From the human T2T-CHM13v2.0 reference genome, Homo sapiens: 64,000 nt of DNA. The notes below the pieces were generated by a model. It was not told where the DNA came from, did not search any database, and worked only from the letters and a program-made list of their open reading frames with translations. This document shows, in pieces, positions 38,150 through 51,899 of the stretch. The DNA lies in assembly GCF_009914755.1 (NCBI RefSeq), contig NC_060944.1; one strand, given 5' to 3'. The position numbers and the translations under genes are program-made. The first letter of the stretch is position 1, and the number at the start of each line of letters is the position of its first letter.

Positions 38150-38370
38150 TCAGTCAGACAGTTGGTTGAAATCCCAGCTCTGCCACCCACTAGTCTTGTG
38201 ATTTAGGACAAACCATTTAATCTTTAAATTCAGTTTCCTCAAATACAAAATGCAGGTAACGGGCATTCCCTTCTCCTCGGGATCGATAAAGGTGTAATGA
38301 AAGAATGTCTATGAAGCACTTAGATTTGCACATGGCATGTCATGGGCACTCAATAATCAGTAGCTAATAA
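38150..38370 (+). mobile_element. MIR
   Basis: gaaatcccagctctgccac...cagtttcctcaaatacaaaatg...gaagcacttag...gcactcaataa. Confidence 0.75.
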
Positions 38371-38499
38371 ATATGTAGTTATTATTTTGTGCGTTTCAGT
38401 CCACAGCATATATAACAGCTGGATGATGTGCCGGATGTGTAAGCGATGCCTTGTCCTCACTGTCTTGTCTCCGCCTTGGTCACATCAACTTGGTCTTGT

Positions 38500-38885
38500 T
38501 CTTTTATCTGGTAAATTTTACTGGAGTATAAAGTCATACAGAAAATTTCACAAATCACTGGTGTACTGCTCACTGGATTTTCATAAAATGAGTTCAATGT
38601 GTAATCAGCACGCAGATAAAGGAACAGAACCTCCCCAGCATCCAAAGCCCCTCATCTCTCTCATTCAATTGCCCTCTTCCCATCCCAGGGGCAGCCACTC
38701 TCCTGGCCTCTCACAGCTCAGAGAACCTTTGCCATTGGGGAACTTCCTATGCAGGGAACCACGTGACTTCCCCCACCTAACCTTATGCTTGTGAGATTCA
38801 TCCAGCTGGTGGGAGTGTGGTCCATTCATTCCCATCTGCACAATAGTGTCCTGTTGCAGATGAAAACACACTACTGTGAAGAATC
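38500..38885 (-). mobile_element. Old L1ME-like 3' remnant (part 1; continues at about 40650-40925)
   Basis: catacagaaaatttcacaaatc...ggattttcataaaatgag...ttgtgagattcatcc. Confidence 0.55.
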
Positions 38886-38894
38886 TTCTAGACT

Positions 38895-40645
38895 CTGATT
38901 CCAAAATTTACTAGAAAGCTAGTGTGATCAAGACAGCATGGTACTCACATAAGGATAGACATATAGACCAATAGAAGTGAATTAAGAGTCTAGAAGTGAA
39001 CCCATACTTCTATGGCCAGTTGATTTTTTGACAAAGGTGCCAAAACCATTCAATGGGGAAAAGACAGCCTTTTCAACAAATTGTGCTGGGACAGCTGGAC
39101 AGCTACATGCAAAGAACGAAATTGGACCCCTACCTCACACCATATACAAAAGTTAACTCAAAATGGATCAAACACCAAAATGTAAGATCTAAAACTATAA
39201 AACTCTAAGAAGAAAACATAGGTGTAAGTCTTTGTGACCCTGGATTAGGCAGTGATTTCTTAGATATGACTCCTAAAGTGCAGGCAAGCAAAAAATAAAT
39301 AAACAGTGGACTTCCTCACAATTAAAAATGTCTGTGTTTTAAAGGATACCATCAAAAAAGTGAAAAGGCCATAGCATGACAGAAAATATTTGTTAATTGT
39401 ATATATAAGAGTCTAGTATCAAGAATATATAAAGAACTCTTACAACTTAATAAAAAACACAAATAACTCAATTTCAAATGAGCAAAAGTTTTGAATATTT
39501 TTTCCAAAGAAGACATACGAATGTCCAATAAACACATAAAATCTGTGTAACGTCATTAGTAAGTAGGAAAATGCAAATCAAAACAACAGTGAGAGGCCAA
39601 GCACAGTGGCTCAACACCTGTAATCCCAGCACTCTGGGAGTCCGAGGTGGGCGGATCACCTGAGGTCAGGAGTTCGAGACCAGCCTGGCCAACATAGTGA
39701 AACCCCATCTCTACTAAAAACACAAAAATTATCTGGGCGTGGTAGGACATACCTGTAATCCCAACTACTCAGGAGGCTGAGGCAGGAGAATCACATGAAC
39801 ATGGGAGGTGGAGGTTGCAGTGAGCCAAGATCATGCCACGGTACTCCAGCCTGTGTGACAGAGTGAGACTCCATCTCAAAAACAAAAAATGAAAGAAAAA
39901 AACAAAAACAAAAGAGTGAGATTACACACCCACTAGGATGGCTGTAATTAAAAAGACAATAACAAGTGTTGGCAAGGATGTGGAGACATTGGAACCCTCA
40001 TGCATTACTGGTGGGAATGTAAAATGGTGCAGCCACTGTAAAGAAAAAAAAAAAACTTGTCACCTCCTCAAAAAGTTAAAAATAGAGTTAGCATTAGCAT
40101 ATGACCCAGAAATGTGACTCCTAGGGATCTGCCCAAAATAGTGTGTCCACACAATAATTTGTACATGGATGTTTATAGCAGTACCATTCATAGTAGTCAA
40201 ACAGTGGAAACAACTCAAATGTCCATCACCTGAAAAGTAGATAACCAAAGGTGGCATCCAGACAGTGGAATATTCAGCCATATAAAGGAATGAAGTCCGT
40301 ATGCAAGCTACAACATAGATAAGCATTGGAAACATTATGCCAAGTGAATGAAGACAGACACAAACCCATGTACTGTATGATTCCATTCATTCTAAATCCC
40401 CAGAATAGGCAAATCTGCAGAAACAGAAAGTATTTTATTGGTTTCCAGAGAATAAGGAGAAGGGGAAAATGGACAGAGACACTAATGGGTGCAGGGTTTC
40501 TTTTGGGGGCAATGAAAATGTACTGGGTTAAAAGTGAAGATGGTCGTGCAACCTTGTGACTCTACTAACATACATTGAATTATCCACCTAAATGCGTGGA
40601 TTTACAGTATGCGAAGTGTATCTTAATTTCACAAAGATTAAAAAC
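38895..40645 (+). mobile_element. L1M (L1MB/MC-like) ORF2 3' region plus 3' UTR, degenerate, interrupted by an Alu
   Basis: gacatatagaccaatagaa...tttgacaaaggtgccaaaaccattcaatgggg...ttcaacaaat...atgcaaatcaaaac...ggtgggaatgtaaaatggtgcagccact. Confidence 0.9.
39595..39912 (+). mobile_element. Alu (AluSx-like) within L1
   Basis: Full dimer. TSD-like ...agtgaga on both sides. Confidence 0.96.
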
Positions 40646-40649
40646 CAGC

Positions 40650-40925
40650 CTTTGAGGTGTTTCCATTTGGGGCTATTGCAGATAAAGACGTGTGAACATC
40701 CTTGTGCATGTCCTTGATGAGCATGTGTATGCATCTGTCTTGCAGGTCCGATTGTTGGGTCATAGGGAATGCCTGCACCCTGCTTTATAGATGTAGTGTG
40801 GTAGATTTCCAAATGGCAGCACAGATATCATCCCACCATCATTGCATGAGCATCTCAGTTGCTCCACAGTCTCACCAGCACTTGAGAGTATCTATCTTTT
40901 CCATTTTAATTATTCTAGAGGGAAC
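40650..40925 (-). mobile_element. Old L1ME-like remnant (part 2)
   Basis: gtgtttccatttggggctattg...gtgaacatccttgtgcatgtcct...ttgttgggtcatagg...gttgctccacagtctcaccagcacttg. Confidence 0.6.
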
Positions 40926-41884
40926 TGTAACTTCTTCCAATTCTATCTCCCTATCCCCTGTCCCATGAGGTTCCCAAAGCTGTGTTGCTGCTGGACCTCG
41001 CTTGGTAGATATGTGCATCAAATATGGACAGCCGGGAGGCAAGTTCCCTCCAAAATGAGTCATGACTCCAGAACTGTGAGCTTCAAGGTGAGCCTCAGAT
41101 GCAACTAATAATTTACAGCATTGTGGTAAGCTGTGCCTGCAGGGGCCAGGTCCCTGTCCTAGGAGCTGGTCAGTGATTTCCATCTGCTCTGAGGAGCACC
41201 CACGGTTCAGAGCAGGACTCCCCAGGGCAGGGGCAGGTTCTCCCCCACCCCATTGGCCAGGACAGCCTGGCCTGGCTCTACCTTCTGTTTCAGAAATCTT
41301 CTGTAGAGGGTTTCATTTGAAGACAGAGCTATGATATATTTGCACAGCACTAGGTCCATTTCTTTCTGTTGTTCTTAGGTGATTTTGTTAGGGTCAGAGC
41401 CCTGATTTCCATTTCCTTCTGGTTCACATTGCCCTTGGACTCCCAGCTCCCGTAGGTGAATCGGACTCTCAGCTGATGAAGCTAAATTGCTTCTGTGATG
41501 TGGTTGAGGCAGGGGGCAGTAGAGGAGGCACAGGCTCTGGTGGGCAAAGACCCAGAGCCACAGGGCTGCCCTTGAAACATTATGTCGCCACTGACCAGGA
41601 CCCAAGAGTCCAAGCCCTATTTTCTCTTAAAGTTAATTGTTCAAAGTCACATGTACATCAGAGTGCAGTGAGTGCTGGGAGAGCCATAAGGAGCCTTTCC
41701 CCGTGGGGCTCAGCAGTCTGGAAAGGGCCCCAGCCATGGAACTGGGATTTGTTGCAGAAACCCAGCCAGGCTGACAACAGGTCACCCACAGACTCTCAAA
41801 GCGGCTGCCTGGGAGCCGCAACCAGTGCTGAGCCTGCAGTGGGTGGGTCAGCCGGCAGAGCAGGAGAAACACTGTGGATCTGTT

Positions 41885-42335
41885 GTGTGGGTGTTCCTGT
41901 GTGTACACACATGTACATGTACATGCATGAACATATATGTGCATATGTGCATGGTGTGAACATGTTTTCACACGTGCACATGTATGCACATGCGTGTGAG
42001 AGTATGTTCGCATCTGTGCATGTATGCGTGAGTTCGCATGTTTGTGTGTCTGAGTAAGCTCACGTTTTACATGTATGTGTGCAGACATGTACATGTGTGC
42101 TCGTGTGTGCATGCATTCTTGTGCATGTATTTAGGTGTGCAAGTGTGTTTACATGGCAAATATATGTGAAGGTGCCCTCCCAGTATTGCCCATGTGTGTG
42201 CACACCTGTGTGCATGTATGAGCATATGTGAGTGTATCTGTATATGATGTCTGCCCATGGGAGTGCTCTTCCAGTATGAGCCGTATGTGTGTGTGTGTGT
42301 ATGTGAACATAGGCGTGTATACAGGGCACATGCAT
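41885..42335. repeat. Low-complexity (TG/CA/TGCA) alternating purine-pyrimidine tract
   Basis: Continuous tgtgcatg/tacatg/gtgt units. Confidence 0.85.
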
Positions 42336-44356
42336 GGGGTTGCCCTTACAATACAAGTTGTAGCTGCTGCTTCATTTGCTTGTTTCTGAGAACCAGGCAG
42401 CCTCCTTGTGAGTGGTTTCTATGAGTGTGTGCAGAGGTCATTTTAAGAGTGAAGATGTATTTATCTTTAATTTTGGCGAGGATGCGGAGTGAAGCAGTAA
42501 GGGCAGTGGGGCCTGCTGGCATCAGCCTTGCTTTCTCACCTCACAGCTAAGTGTGGTGCAGGTAACTGGGTGGGACCCACCAGGGTAACCTTTCGCAGGA
42601 TGTGCAGGACTGTCCTGCTACCTGGAGCAGGACCCTCTGAGGACAGGGTCTCATCCTCCCAGTGCCTCCCTCACTCTCCAGCCCGGTCCATTTGCCATGA
42701 CGATCATGCCCCACACCTGGGGGAGAAGCAGTCCCTTTCTGTCTTTCTGGTTATGTTCACCTCTGCAGCCATTTGCACAGAGACTAAAACGGATTTGATG
42801 TGATGAATCACAAAATCACACCCTTTATTCGACAACTCCACATAAATAGCGATTCCATTTGGAATGAATTGGACCCATGTGGTGAGTTATGGGCTCATTA
42901 GAGTAGCAGAGCACATTCCTTTATCATATTAAGTTTATTTAAATCACACATAATGTTCATTTTTAGAAACAATTCATACCTACCTTTAAGGAGTCATCAG
43001 TATTGCTCCAGGAAACATGATACAATCCCGTTTCTGGCAGGATTCACACGGTTTCTAGTCGTGTGACAATGTGATTCCATTATGTCTTCCCTATGGGGAC
43101 AGCCCATAAAGATTGATTCTACATTAAAAATGGTATTAAAGAAAGACAGCACATTGTGTATGTACCGCCCTGTGGCTCTGAGCACGAAGCCGCCCTCTCT
43201 CTGCTCCGGTGCACCCCATGGTGGGCTCGCCTTGGTGTACCCCCCATGTGGGAGACACAGATGTTCTCCTGCCTTTCTCGGTCAGAGCAGCCGTGACCAC
43301 AGAAGTTTGCCAGGGATGCCTTGAACTTCAGCAACAAGAATGTGCATTTGTGCATTGGTGTTTTCAAAGCTTGGATCTGTTCTAGAAAATCTATCCACCC
43401 AGGGCCAGGATGATCTGGGCAAATGCAGGCTTTGTCCTCTTGTGAATTCCCACTGTATGTGTCACCAGAATTCAGAACATAGTGGAGAATCTCTCAGGCC
43501 TTTTATGATTCAGAAGAAAGAAATCATGGAGAGAGAGGCTCCGGGGGGCAGGGGTGGAGACGGGGATGACACAGTCCTCCAGGCAGAGGAACTGTGTTAT
43601 AATCACCACTGGTATATCTGGGTGTTCTGCACACAGACTTTTGTTAAACAGCAGAAGGATCTTTTAAGAGAAACAATGAAAGTCCAAACAGAAGCTTGAG
43701 TGTTTTCTTAACTGTGCCACAATTGAGAACAAATGGAACAAGGGGGCCTCTTGGCCATCACACGGCGAAGACTCTGTGGTCCAAAATTCCCGTTTTCATA
43801 GCGTCCCACCTGACGACATGCAGTCTGCAACTTATGCATCAAAATCATGCTTTCTAGAGGCCACCCGTGTAAGCCCGCGTGCTTCTCCAGTGCCCCCAGT
43901 GGAGGTCCCCCAGTCTTGGTGCCCCCCACCTTGGTGCTCTGCCTTGAGGCAGGTGGCCAGTGGCTGTCCTCTGCACAGCTGCTGTCAGACAAGGAGGGTG
44001 AAAGGGAGCTGTGGTCGGCCCGTCCTCCGACCACAACTCCGGGGCAACAACACCGAGAACACGTGAGGCGCCGCCATCCTCACACCAGGGCTGATCCCCG
44101 CCTCAGTTTGGGGCCTGATGAATAGAAATGTCACTGGAGATGGATTTTCAATTTAATCGAAAGAAAAGCTTCTCTCTGGGGCTTTCCAAATGTGAGGTCA
44201 TCCCTTGATGAGTTGGAGAGAATGCTTTTCAGTTTTAGCCTTCCTCTTGGGTGTGTGGGTGTTGGGTTCATGGGTGAGTGGGCATCCTGCAAGCCATAAG
44301 CTAATACTAAAAAGGTCGGGATTGATGCTGGAGTGGACACGTTCTGTGATCGAAGA

Positions 44357-44565
44357 CAGGATCTTTCTCTAAAGGGCCAAGGAGTACGTATTTTAGGCAT
44401 CATCACCATGCAGCCTGTGTCCCAATGACAACACACTGCCATTGTAGCACAAAAGCAGCTGTTGGCAACACCCAAGCAATGGAAGAGGCTGCCCTCCTGC
44501 AGGAATATTCGCACAACCCAGCGGCAGGTCCCCTGCAGCTGAGAGCCAGAGTTTGCCGACCGTTG
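44357..44565. mobile_element. MER58-like hAT-Charlie MITE
   Basis: ttctctaaagggcca...tattttaggc...ctgccattgtagcacaaaagcagc...agtttgccgacc. Confidence 0.7.
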
Positions 44566-46214
44566 GCTGATCCAAGGGACTCTTAGGTCTGTGTGACTTT
44601 CACTAAGACCACACAAGATCATGCAAAAGCCAATTCCATTCCATGGTTGCCGTCGAGTGGGAAGTAAATTTTATGCCCTCCAGGACCTTGGTCTGCTCAC
44701 TGCAGACTTCTGGTATAGATTAATTGAGTTTCTTCTTGTGATAGCTGTTATTTGGATAGCTTAGAGGAATGAGAAGAGATAAAACTCATGAGTGAAAATG
44801 CCGCTCTTTTACATTCTTGCTCCAAATCGCATCTTTGTGTTAGTGGAATGGCCACACTTTTGGGATATGCTTCGATTTCGGCGGGAGAGGGAACCACGGA
44901 GCGCCTCTTGAGAAGGCTCGTTAAGGGCGTGAACGTGCAGCCACCTGCATTTTAATCACTCAAAGACAAACTCGGGCCATTCTGTGCTGGTGGAGCATCA
45001 CTAATTCTAGTTATACGATAATGACGCGGCGCTGGATTTTAGGAATTAGGCCTCTGAGATCCATTAGCTGTGTGGTGCACCGTCGCTGAATGAATGGCTG
45101 TATTATTATCAAGGTAATTCAAAACAAATTTCAAGCTGTGACAATAAAATGGTTCTTGTAGTAGGTTGGGGTTTGTGCTGAAATTGCCAGTTGGAATGAG
45201 AACAGTTATGTTTTCAAGCTCGAGTTTTGGTGGACTCATTTTAGGCTGACTCACTTTCATTAAATTCTGAACAAATTTTTTATTAATGTGATCATATCAG
45301 ACTTGGACAAACTGTGATTATTGGGTAATAATGAAGGGGTATGTCTTTCACCCCATTTAGCTGCTGGGTGGTTTTTGGTCTAAGATTACACTGTTCTTAT
45401 CTATGTTCAAGATAGAGAATACTCAAGAATTCACACCAAGAACCCTGTCCCTGGGCAGAGTTGGTCCCAAATCTAGGACCATCCTTTCAAAATCCTCATG
45501 TTAGTGGCACCTGCCCCCCAAGTCCCATTTCCATCCCCCTTACTCATGCTTGATGCCATCAGTACCCATGGAGAAATTCTTTTCAGCGGCAAAAGTGTAG
45601 GTAACTTCGTAAATCCTTTATCTTATTTCTAATGCAAAGGGGATAGAAGAGGATTTTGTAGCTCTCTGGGGCTACCTGGCCATCCCTAGAGCCCACACTG
45701 GCCTGCGGCCTCTGGACCTGCCCCCATCTCACCAGTACTGCCTCACGCAGTGCAGGAGATGCTCAGGAAATGCGTATCAGGCAAAAGAATGAAGGTCGTG
45801 GTAGTGATCATGTTTTGAGAAACGCTGCAGGCTCCATCACAAGAGCACAAGAAAATGGTCCCAGGAGAGCTGCGAATAGCATCCCGTGCGTCCCGTCTTT
45901 GCCCACTACCCTCAACACATGTCAATACTCATTGTAGTAACAAGAAGTCATTGCCTGCATTTACCAAAATGTCCCTGCAACACACACAGCAGCCTCCTGA
46001 GAAGGTCTCACCTCCGGAGTGGCCAGCATGCCGTGGTCCCCGTGGCGAGCACCGTGGGGCCGCTGGATGGCTTTGCTGCCTGCCAGCTGGCCCCAGCCTT
46101 GCGATCCCTCACTGATGAATCACCAGCTGTGCTAAGTGGCTTTAAAGACTAAATTATTTTCTTCCTGTTAGGCAGACCTGAAAGAAACCTGACAGGGAAA
46201 CAAAAGCACTGCTG

Positions 46215-46511
46215 GGCCGGGCGCAGTGGCTCACACCTGTAATCCCAACACTTTGGGAGGCTGAGGTGGGCGGAGCATGAGGTCAGGAGTTTGAGACCAG
46301 CCAGGCCAACGTGGTGAAATCCCATCTCTACTAAAAATACAAAAAATTAGCTGGGTGTGGTGGCTTATGCTTCTAATCTCAGCTACTCAGGAGGCTGAGG
46401 CAGGAGAATTGCCTGAGCCTGGGAAACGGAGGTTGCAGTAAGCCAAGATTGTGCCACTGCACTCCAGCCTGGGTGACAGAGTGAGACTCCATCTCAAAAA
46501 GAAGAAAAAAA
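46215..46511 (+). mobile_element. Alu (AluS-like)
   Basis: Full dimer. TSD-like aaaagcactgct / aaaagtattgct. Confidence 0.96.
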
Positions 46512-46681
46512 TTTTTAAAAAGTATTGCTGCTCGTTGGAATGCTGATGGCCATCACTGGGGCTGGACCGAAGGGGAGGACCTCCGGGAGCCACCTGCAAG
46601 AGACGGCGCGCTGTCGGGAGGAAGGCGGTTTCACTGGTCTGATCCAGCAGTTAAAGATCACCCAGTTAGAGTCTCCTTTCT

Positions 46682-47204
<523 letters not shown>

Positions 47205-48764
47205 TAGGTAGCCCAAGTTCCCAGCAACGAGTGCATAGAGGAGATCGACCCTGCCACTCGAACTTCGGAGTCGCTTGTTTGCTCTGCTTATCTGGTCGGC
47301 GGAGACAAAGGAAGACCCCCTGTGGCAGACCCTGGGAACCAATGTCATCAGCATCCCAGACAGTGAATCCCCCCACCTGCGGGTGCTCCCCACTTTTATC
47401 AAGGCCCGGGTAGCAGATTTAAAGAGCACGTGACTTTTTAAATTGCTATTTTAGTTTCAGGGGGTACATGTGCAGGTTTGTTTATTGCCTGATGTCTACA
47501 TGTAAAACCTCAAACTATGAAGATCCTAGAGCCAAACCTAGCAAATATTCTTCTGGGCATGTGACTCGCAACCATTGTTTGAGGAGTTTTGCATTGATTT
47601 AAGCTTATTTGAAACTTTATGGGTGTGTGTCACAGTTGTGGGGGAAGTTATCCTGAAGATGCTTCCAGATGCCAAAGCCACGTTTTTAGGAGCCACAGCT
47701 CAGACGGCCCTGGGCCAAGTCCTTGGCCAAGGTTCCCTAGCGGGTTACTTACCCCGCCCTGCACTCCAGCGCCTTCATGTGGAAGACAAAGGTCACAGCA
47801 GCCCCACCCGCGGGGCCCTGGCGAGGGCTGAGTGCCTGAGTCCACAGAGGCCTTGGAATGCTGCCCAGCAGGGCTTAGCTTCCAGGAACGTGAGCCATCC
47901 CCAGGTCCTGGTGACCACCTCGCCATGAAGGCAGTGCCCCAGAAGGAGCCCGGGTCTCAGCCTGGGGGCCCTCAGTCTGTCCATCCGGGGATAGTCCTGG
48001 CCTTCGCAGCGGGAGCTCTGGACCTCCATACTGGATCCCCCAGCCAGCGGACATGGAACCAGCCAACCTCTTACTCTCCCCAACCCGGATGAGAGGGACG
48101 GGCCGGGGTCACCGCTGTGACCAGCCGTTTATACCCAGATGAGCAGATGACCAGGCAGGGGATGCAGTTTTGTGATCTTGGTGATCAGGCCATTGATTAT
48201 GCCCCGGGCCCAGGTCCCCACCCACAGGCAAAGCCTCTGAGGTGCCCGAGCACTCCAGGAATCATCCTGTCACCATGCTTTCCACATAGCTGTCCCCACC
48301 CCACCACCCCCAAGACCTGGGTGCACAGACTCAGGAATTCAGAATTATCTCTTTTCGCCATTGTGGTAAATATGGGGAATCCAGTATCACCTCTGTTCAT
48401 GTCCTCTGCATCTGGTGACCACACAACCCACTCCTGTAGGATGGGAACTGAGCCAGAGGGCCTGCCAGATGTGCCACAGGGCTTGGCCCTGTGTTTTCAC
48501 CACAGCCTTAAGGGGAAGCACAGGCGTCATCCCCGTTTTGCAGATGAAATGTGAAATGCTAGAGCACGAGCAGTGGGTGATTGCTCCCAGCCACATGGCG
48601 GGTGCAGGCCAAGCCAGGGCTGGAGGCCCTGGGCCGTCCCTCTTCCCGTCTCCTCCAAGTGGCCTGCGTGTGTCCAATGTACTTAGAAAAGGAATGATGC
48701 TTTAGGAGAATCTGGTAGAAAACACAATGGCAGGTGGGTTTCTGCCTTTGTCCCAGTGGGTTCC

Positions 48765-48969
48765 AGTAAAGGTAGACTGTGGCCCGTGAGCCCAATCTGG
48801 CCTGCTGCCTGTTTTTACAAATAAAGTTTTATTGGAACTCAGCCATGCCTGTTTGTTGGCATCCTATCCTGCTTTTGTGCTATGAAGGCAGAGTTGCAAG
48901 GGGCTAATTTAGCCACAAAATGAGCATGTTTACTATCTCGCCCTTTACAGAAAACATTTCTGACCCCTG
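48765..48969. mobile_element. MER58-like MITE
   Basis: caaataaagttttattggaactcagccatgcc...tttactatctcgccctttacagaaaac...gacccctg. Confidence 0.8.
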
Positions 48970-49128
48970 CTTTAGGAACATGGACAAGAAGAGAAAAACA
49001 ACCCACAAAGGTTTATAGCTCCTTTCCTGTGCTGAAGAGCTGGCCCTTCTCTGGGCCCCAGTGGCTGCATGCGCCATGTTTCTGGGCAGTGACCATATGA
49101 TGGCAGTAATGCTGTGTCTGGAAATCCT

Positions 49129-49651
49129 GACCCCAGGGCTCCCAGAGAGAGAGAGGGACCTTCGTGTGGAGAGGTGGACCCCAGGGCTCCCGGAGAGAGA
49201 GAGGGGCCTTCGTGTGGAGAGGTGGACCCCAGGGCTCCCGGAGAGAGAGAGGGGCCTCCGTGTGGAGAGGTGGACCCCAGGGCTCCCGGAGAGAGGGACC
49301 TCCGTGTGGAGAGGTGGACCCCAGGGCTCCCGGAGAGAGAGAGGGACCTCCCTGTGGAGAGGTGGACCCCAGGGCTCCCAGAGAGAGAGAGGGACCTTCG
49401 TGTGGAGAGGTGGACCCCAGGGCTCCCGGAGAGAGAGGGACCTCCGTGTGGAGAGGTGGACCCCAGGGCTCCCGGAGAGAGAGAGGGACCTCTGTGTGGA
49501 GAGGTGGACCCCAGGGCTCCCGGAGAGAGAGAGGGACCTCCGTGTGGAGAGGTGGACCCCAGGGCTCCCGGAGAGAGAGGGGGACCTTCGTGTGGAGAGG
49601 TGGACCCCAGGACTCCCGGAGAGAGAGAGGGGCCTCCGTGTGCAGAGGTGG
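49129..49651. repeat. 48-bp VNTR, 11 units (two shortened to 44 and 46 bp in the internal GA run)
   Basis: Unit gaccccagggctcccgga(ga)n gggRcctYcgtgtggagaggtg starting at 49129, 49177, 49225, 49273, 49317, 49365, 49413, 49459, 49507, 49555 and 49603. Confidence 0.98.
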
Positions 49652-50207
49652 TTTGTCGCTTCTTTCATCTTCAGGACAGTCATTGCCTGGGAAACTGGGG
49701 GGATTGGTCCGAACCCACCTTGTACACCCCAGACTTGGTGCGTCCCTGCAGGATCTGAGCACAGAACGGCCTGCTTCAGCCCGGCTGCCAGGCCTGCAGA
49801 GCAGGGAGAGTCCCCATGGAATGCCACTGTTCAGACCACCTGTGGTTGAACAGAGCAATACAGGAGTCTGTTCCAGCTGCTCCCACCTTGCCATGGGAAT
49901 GGTTCTCTGATTTATTATTTTAATTAAGGGCTTTTAAGCTTTAATTTAAAAAGTTAAATCGGCTCTCTTTATATGTAAATCGTGGTTCAGTGAGTTATCA
50001 CACATTGCCAGATGCACACTGTCATCGGATGGAAGAGCACTGTCCTGTCCGGGACCCCAGTCCCTGAGTCTTCACGGCTCCTGAAGCAGCAACAGGACCC
50101 CCTGGGATCTCAGCCCAGGGATGCTGACTGAAGCCCTCCCAGGAGCATGGCTGGGTCCAGGGGCACCAGTGGCCCTGCACTGTGCTCACAGTCTTGTCCA
50201 GCGGCTC

Positions 50208-50406
50208 CCGGAGCAACCTCTCCTGACCTGTGAAGTCTACACGAGGGTCCGTGGGGAGCCCAGGCTCAGCACTGCCCAGCGGCAGCTCTGCTCTTAGCTC
50301 CAGAGTCCGGAACAACCTCTCTTGACCTGTGAATTCTACACAAGGGCCCACGGGGAGCCCAGGCTTGGCACTGCCCAGCGGCAGCTCTGCTCTTAGCTCT
50401 GGAGTC
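50208..50406. repeat. 99-bp tandem duplication
   Basis: ccggaRcaacctctcYtgacctgtgaa...gcactgcccagcggcagctctgctcttagctc at 50208 and 50307. Confidence 0.95.
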
Positions 50407-51269
50407 CCCTTGCCGGCTCCAGGAAAGCAATGTGAAAGTAGCCGTTTTCACAAAGCAGGCACTCACCATGTTAGCAATCAGCTTCCGTTTCTGCTCCTTG
50501 AAACGCCTTGGGAAGAAGGACCCTTGTAGGTGCAGAGTGCCAAGGGTGTGGAGAGCTGGCCGGCCCAGGAATCCAGCCCCAATGTCTCCCTCCTTCTCCC
50601 TCACTTGCTCCAGGTGCTTGGTGTCAGCCTTTAGAAAACATTGGTCCTAATTGTTCTCTTTCTTTTGGGCCGACACATTCACACTCAGCAGGGGTGTGCA
50701 GGGTGGTAGCTGCTGCTCCAGGGGCTGCCCCCTCACCAGCATTCCATGAAATAGTTCCTTCCACTACCCGTGGAGTCCAGCAACTGGGGCCAGGTCACTC
50801 TGCCAGGCAGCAGATTCTCCATGGGTCCTCGCTAGGCCACCCTGCTCCACATGCCTGCAAATGCAGCTCCCTTCCAGCTGAAGTGCCTGGCACCCCTCAT
50901 TGGGAACACAGGGACAGCTCACCTTTGCTGAGCCCCCTCTGTGTGGCTCTGTGGAGCTGTGTCCTTTCGCCCCGTAATGGGCATAGGGTGCGTTATATTC
51001 TGACTGCTTGGTAGATATGAAGCTGAAACCCAGGCAGGTTCTGCACCTGTTGTATTAACAGGTGATGCGTGCAGTAGTGGGGCCTGGATTACAACCTGCC
51101 TTCTTGGCGGCAAAACTCTGCTTTCTTCCATTGGCCTCTCAACCTACCCAGAAATGAGACTAATTCTGCCCTCTCCTTCCCTCATTCACTTCTCTGTCCG
51201 TCCCTCAATGCACCTCCTCTCTGTCGTCACTGCCCTCAGTCTCCTGTGAGGACAGCGTTTGTGTTTCTC

Positions 51270-51452
51270 TCAGTCTCCCTCTCCTTTCTCTTATAAGGAC
51301 ATCAGTGGTTGGGTTTAGGGCCTACCCTAAATCCAGGACAACCTCATCCTAAGACTCTGAGTTACATCTGCAAAGACCTTTATTCACAATGAGTTCATAT
51401 CTGAGGTTCCTGGTGGACGTGAATTTGGGAGGGGGCACTGTTCACCCCACTC
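51270..51452 (-). mobile_element. MaLR LTR fragment (MLT1-like)
   Basis: ctcttataaggacatcagt...tttagggcctaccctaaatccagga...tacatctgcaaagacc...gtggacgtgaatttggg. Confidence 0.75.
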
Positions 51453-51486
51453 TGGCCATTAAGCACAGTGTGTGTGGCTTTGTGTG

Positions 51487-51899
51487 TGATCTGGGTGGGA
51501 TGTTTGTCGCTTCCTAATCTCATGCTGAGATGTGATCCCCAGTGTTGGAGGCAGGCCTGGTGGAGGGGATTGGATCTTGGGGGTAGATCCCTCATGAATG
51601 GTTTAGCGCCTTCCCCTCGGTGCTGAGTGAGTTCTCGCTCTGAGCTCACGGGAGAGCTGGTCGTTTAAAAGACTGTGGCACCTCCCCCTCCCTCGTGCTC
51701 TCACTCTCACCATGTGATGCCCTGGCTCCGCTTCACCCTCCACCATGATTGAAGCTTCCTGAGGCCCCACCAGGAGCAGATGCCAGCACCATGCATCCTG
51801 TACAGCCTGCAGAACCACAAGCCAAAATAAAACCTCTTTCTTTATAAATTACCCAGCCTCAGGTATTTATTTATAGTAATGCAAGAACGGAGTAACACA
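51487..51899 (+). mobile_element. MaLR solo LTR (MSTB-like)
   Basis: gatgtttgtc...aatctcatgctgagatgtgatccccagtgttggagg...ccctcatgaatgg...ataaattacccagcctcaggtattt...taacaca. Confidence 0.9.

Noticed and set aside
48904-49910. ORFs of 214-307 aa
   Set aside because: Products of the stop-free 48-bp VNTR, with no recognisable domain or splice context.
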